A DNA stretch of 64,000 nucleotides from Vicugna vicugna (Eukaryota). Shown one piece after another: positions 61,996-64,000 of this stretch. How positions within the stretch are numbered: the first letter of the stretch is position 1; each line of letters begins with the position of its first letter. The notes beneath the pieces are model-generated. The model made no database searches. It was not told the DNA's origin and saw only the letters and a list, made by a program, of their open reading frames with translations. The stretch is from assembly GCA_013265495.1 (NCBI GenBank), contig MU058065.1, forward strand, positions 6,944,302 to 7,008,301, written 5' to 3'. A program made the position numbers and the translations under genes.

Positions 61996-62429
61996 GTAAC
62001 TGTCCGAGCCTGCTGGCTTCCGCTCCCCTCCTGTCTTCCACCTCCCTCTCTTAGGAGGCAGCCCTGAGGGGTAAGAATGCAGGCTAGCTGCAGCCTTAGG
62101 CTTAGAGTCTCAACTCTACCACTTCCTATTTCTTTGAGCCCCAGTTGATTCATTTGCAAAATGGGTTTAATCCTGGTGGTGTCTGCAGGGCAGATGACAC
62201 TGGACATGGCAGAGTTTTTGTAAACTCAAAATACCTTTTAAAAGTTAGGAAAAAAAAAAAGAAAAGTTAGTATTTCTTCCTCTTTCTTTTTCCATTTGTC
62301 CTTCCTCTTTTCCTACTTCCCCTTCTTGCCTTTCCTCCTCTGGTTGTTCCTTCCTTCCTTCATCCCTCCTCTCCCCTTCCTCTTCCTGCTGTGTCTGCTG
62401 TCTTGGCTAACACCATCCCTCCCTTACAG

Positions 62430-62490
62430 GGTGTCGGCCATTTCTTCGGATCTACCAGGCCATGCAACCTGTTTACACGTCTGGCATCTA
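62430..62490 (+). CDS. TNS1: Tensin-1 exon, 61 nt, (G)CRPFLRIYQAMQPVYTSGI(Y); C2 domain
   Basis: Acceptor cccttacag; donor CTA|GTAGGT; phase 1-2. Confidence 0.97.
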
Positions 62491-62719
62491 GTAGGTATTC
62501 GCAGGAACGAGTGGCCAGGGATGCCGGAGGCTGAGCCTGAGGACCAGCGGCACGGGTTGGGGGGCTGCCTAGAACCTTTTCTAGGAGGACTTTTAGGAGA
62601 GGGCTCAGAGATGGGGTCAGTGAGTTTCCCCAGTAAGCCCCGGCAGAGGGGCAGCTGGGAGAAAGCGCACTGCCCCACCTCTCAGCAGCCCTCTCCCTTC
62701 TGCCTACCTCTCTCCATAG

Positions 62720-62795
62720 CAACGTCCAAGGAGACAGCCAGACCAGCATCTGCATCACCATCGAGCCCGGGCTGCTCTTGAAGGGAGACATTTTG
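62720..62795 (+). CDS. TNS1: Tensin-1 exon, 76 nt, (Y)[26 protein letters not shown]2 domain
   Basis: Acceptor ctctctccatag; donor TTG|GTGAGT; phase 2-0. Confidence 0.97.
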
Positions 62796-63372
62796 GTGAG
62801 TCGCCTCTCTGCTCAATCCCGTGACTGCCATTTTTTTTTTTTTTCCTGCTTCCCTCCTGCCTCTCTGGACAAGAGTGTCATTCTTGGTGAGCCGCCAGCC
62901 TTGGAGTTGCAGGTTCCCAGGGGCCCTGCCGGGTCTTCCAGGCTTTGATGACCTTTGTCCATCCGCTGTCTTGGAGTTGGACGTGCCCTCCGCTGGGCTC
63001 TTCTCTTGTTCTAGATCATCTTCAGGGAAATATCTCTCAGTGTGAACTGTTACCTCAGGGCTTCCTGATGGTGACAGGACTCCCTCAATCCAGGTCCCTC
63101 CTCCCTCCTGCAATTTAAATCCACGCCTATGTTCTCCATTCCCACCTGCATGCAGGAACTTCTTGGGATGATAGCCTTGTCCCCACAGGGCAAAACTGGC
63201 CTCCAACTCTCTGCTGTTCTAGAAGTTTCCCCAGAGAGCTCTGAGCGCCTGTCTGGTATTGGTGACCTCTTCCTCACTGGGTTTGGGGTGAGCCTTGAGG
63301 GCCCAGTTATGGAGCTAGTAAAGAGGCTCCCTAATTTCCTGCCTGATGTGCTCTGCTCTCTTTCCCACGCAG

Positions 63373-63502
63373 CTGAAGTGCTACCACAAGAGGTTCCGGA
63401 GCCCAGCCCGAGACGTTGTCTTCCGCGTGCAGTTCCACACCTGCGCCATCCATGACCTGGGGGTGGTCTTTGGGAAGGAGGACCTTGATGATGCCTTCAA
63501 AG
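63373..63502 (+). CDS. TNS1: Tensin-1 exon, 130 nt, [43 protein letters not shown](D); gene continues beyond window
   Basis: Acceptor tttcccacgcag; donor AAG|GTGGGC; phase 0-1; FRVQFHT motif of the tensin/PTEN C2 domain. Confidence 0.98.
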
Positions 63503-64000
63503 GTGGGCGCGTCGAGTAGACAGGCAGACCTAGCAAGGAATAATTAGAACCACAAGGCGGAAGAACAATGATGGAGGGGCTGTGGCAGCAGTGAAGGGGG
63601 AACCATGTTCCAGGGAAGGGAAGGTGTCAGGGAGGTGTCTCTCTGTGCTTCTTTCTGCTGTCCATTTGAGGTTTCATCTACATCGTGTTCAGGCAGGCCC
63701 GGAACGTATCCACATCCATCCATCCACCAGCATCACTCGTGTGTCTGTATGTTCCAGGCATGTTTCAGACCCTAGTGATACAAGGAGAAAGAAGTCACGC
63801 CCTACCCTCAGGGAGCTCCCAGTCTGGTAGGCGAAAGAGACACACAAGCATGATACTATGAAGTGATGCTCACAGTGATGGCGAGAGACACAGGCATGAT
63901 GGGTGCTCCACAGAGCAGACACCTGCTACTGTAACTTCTCTTCCTACAAGCAGTGGATGGTGATCTGTGTCCAGATTTGGCCCAGGCAGAGATCAGCTCA

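Noticed and set aside
1..64000. A wholly new multi-gene system
   Set aside because: All credible coding signal belongs to TNS1; the rest is intron and known repeat classes.

Overview
Mammalian genomic DNA, very likely camelid because it carries a vic-1-like tRNA-Ala SINE and I saw no Alu, BovB/Bov-A2 or PRE-1. The whole window lies inside the 5' half of tensin 1 (TNS1) on the + strand. I could map 13 internal exons whose reading phases join consistently. Four short linker exons (32326-51099) are coding in the long C1-domain isoform and 5' UTR in the short isoform. Nine exons (53317-63502) encode the PTEN-like pseudophosphatase and most of the C2 domain, starting at [13 protein letters not shown]-box internal promoter with a non-coding first exon ends at a perfect donor at 12640. 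The C1-domain exons and the 3' part of the gene are outside the window. The rest is intron with ancient repeats (MIR, L2, CR1/L3, L1, MER5A, an MLT1 solo LTR) and microsatellites. I found no new multi-gene system. The best leads are at RNA level: a mirtron-like hairpin over an acceptor (probable miR-6809 ortholog), an exon that appears to lack its splice donor, and a uORF whose stop position depends on that exon. Comparisons to human sequences and repeat consensuses are from memory and need checking; repeat boundaries are approximate.
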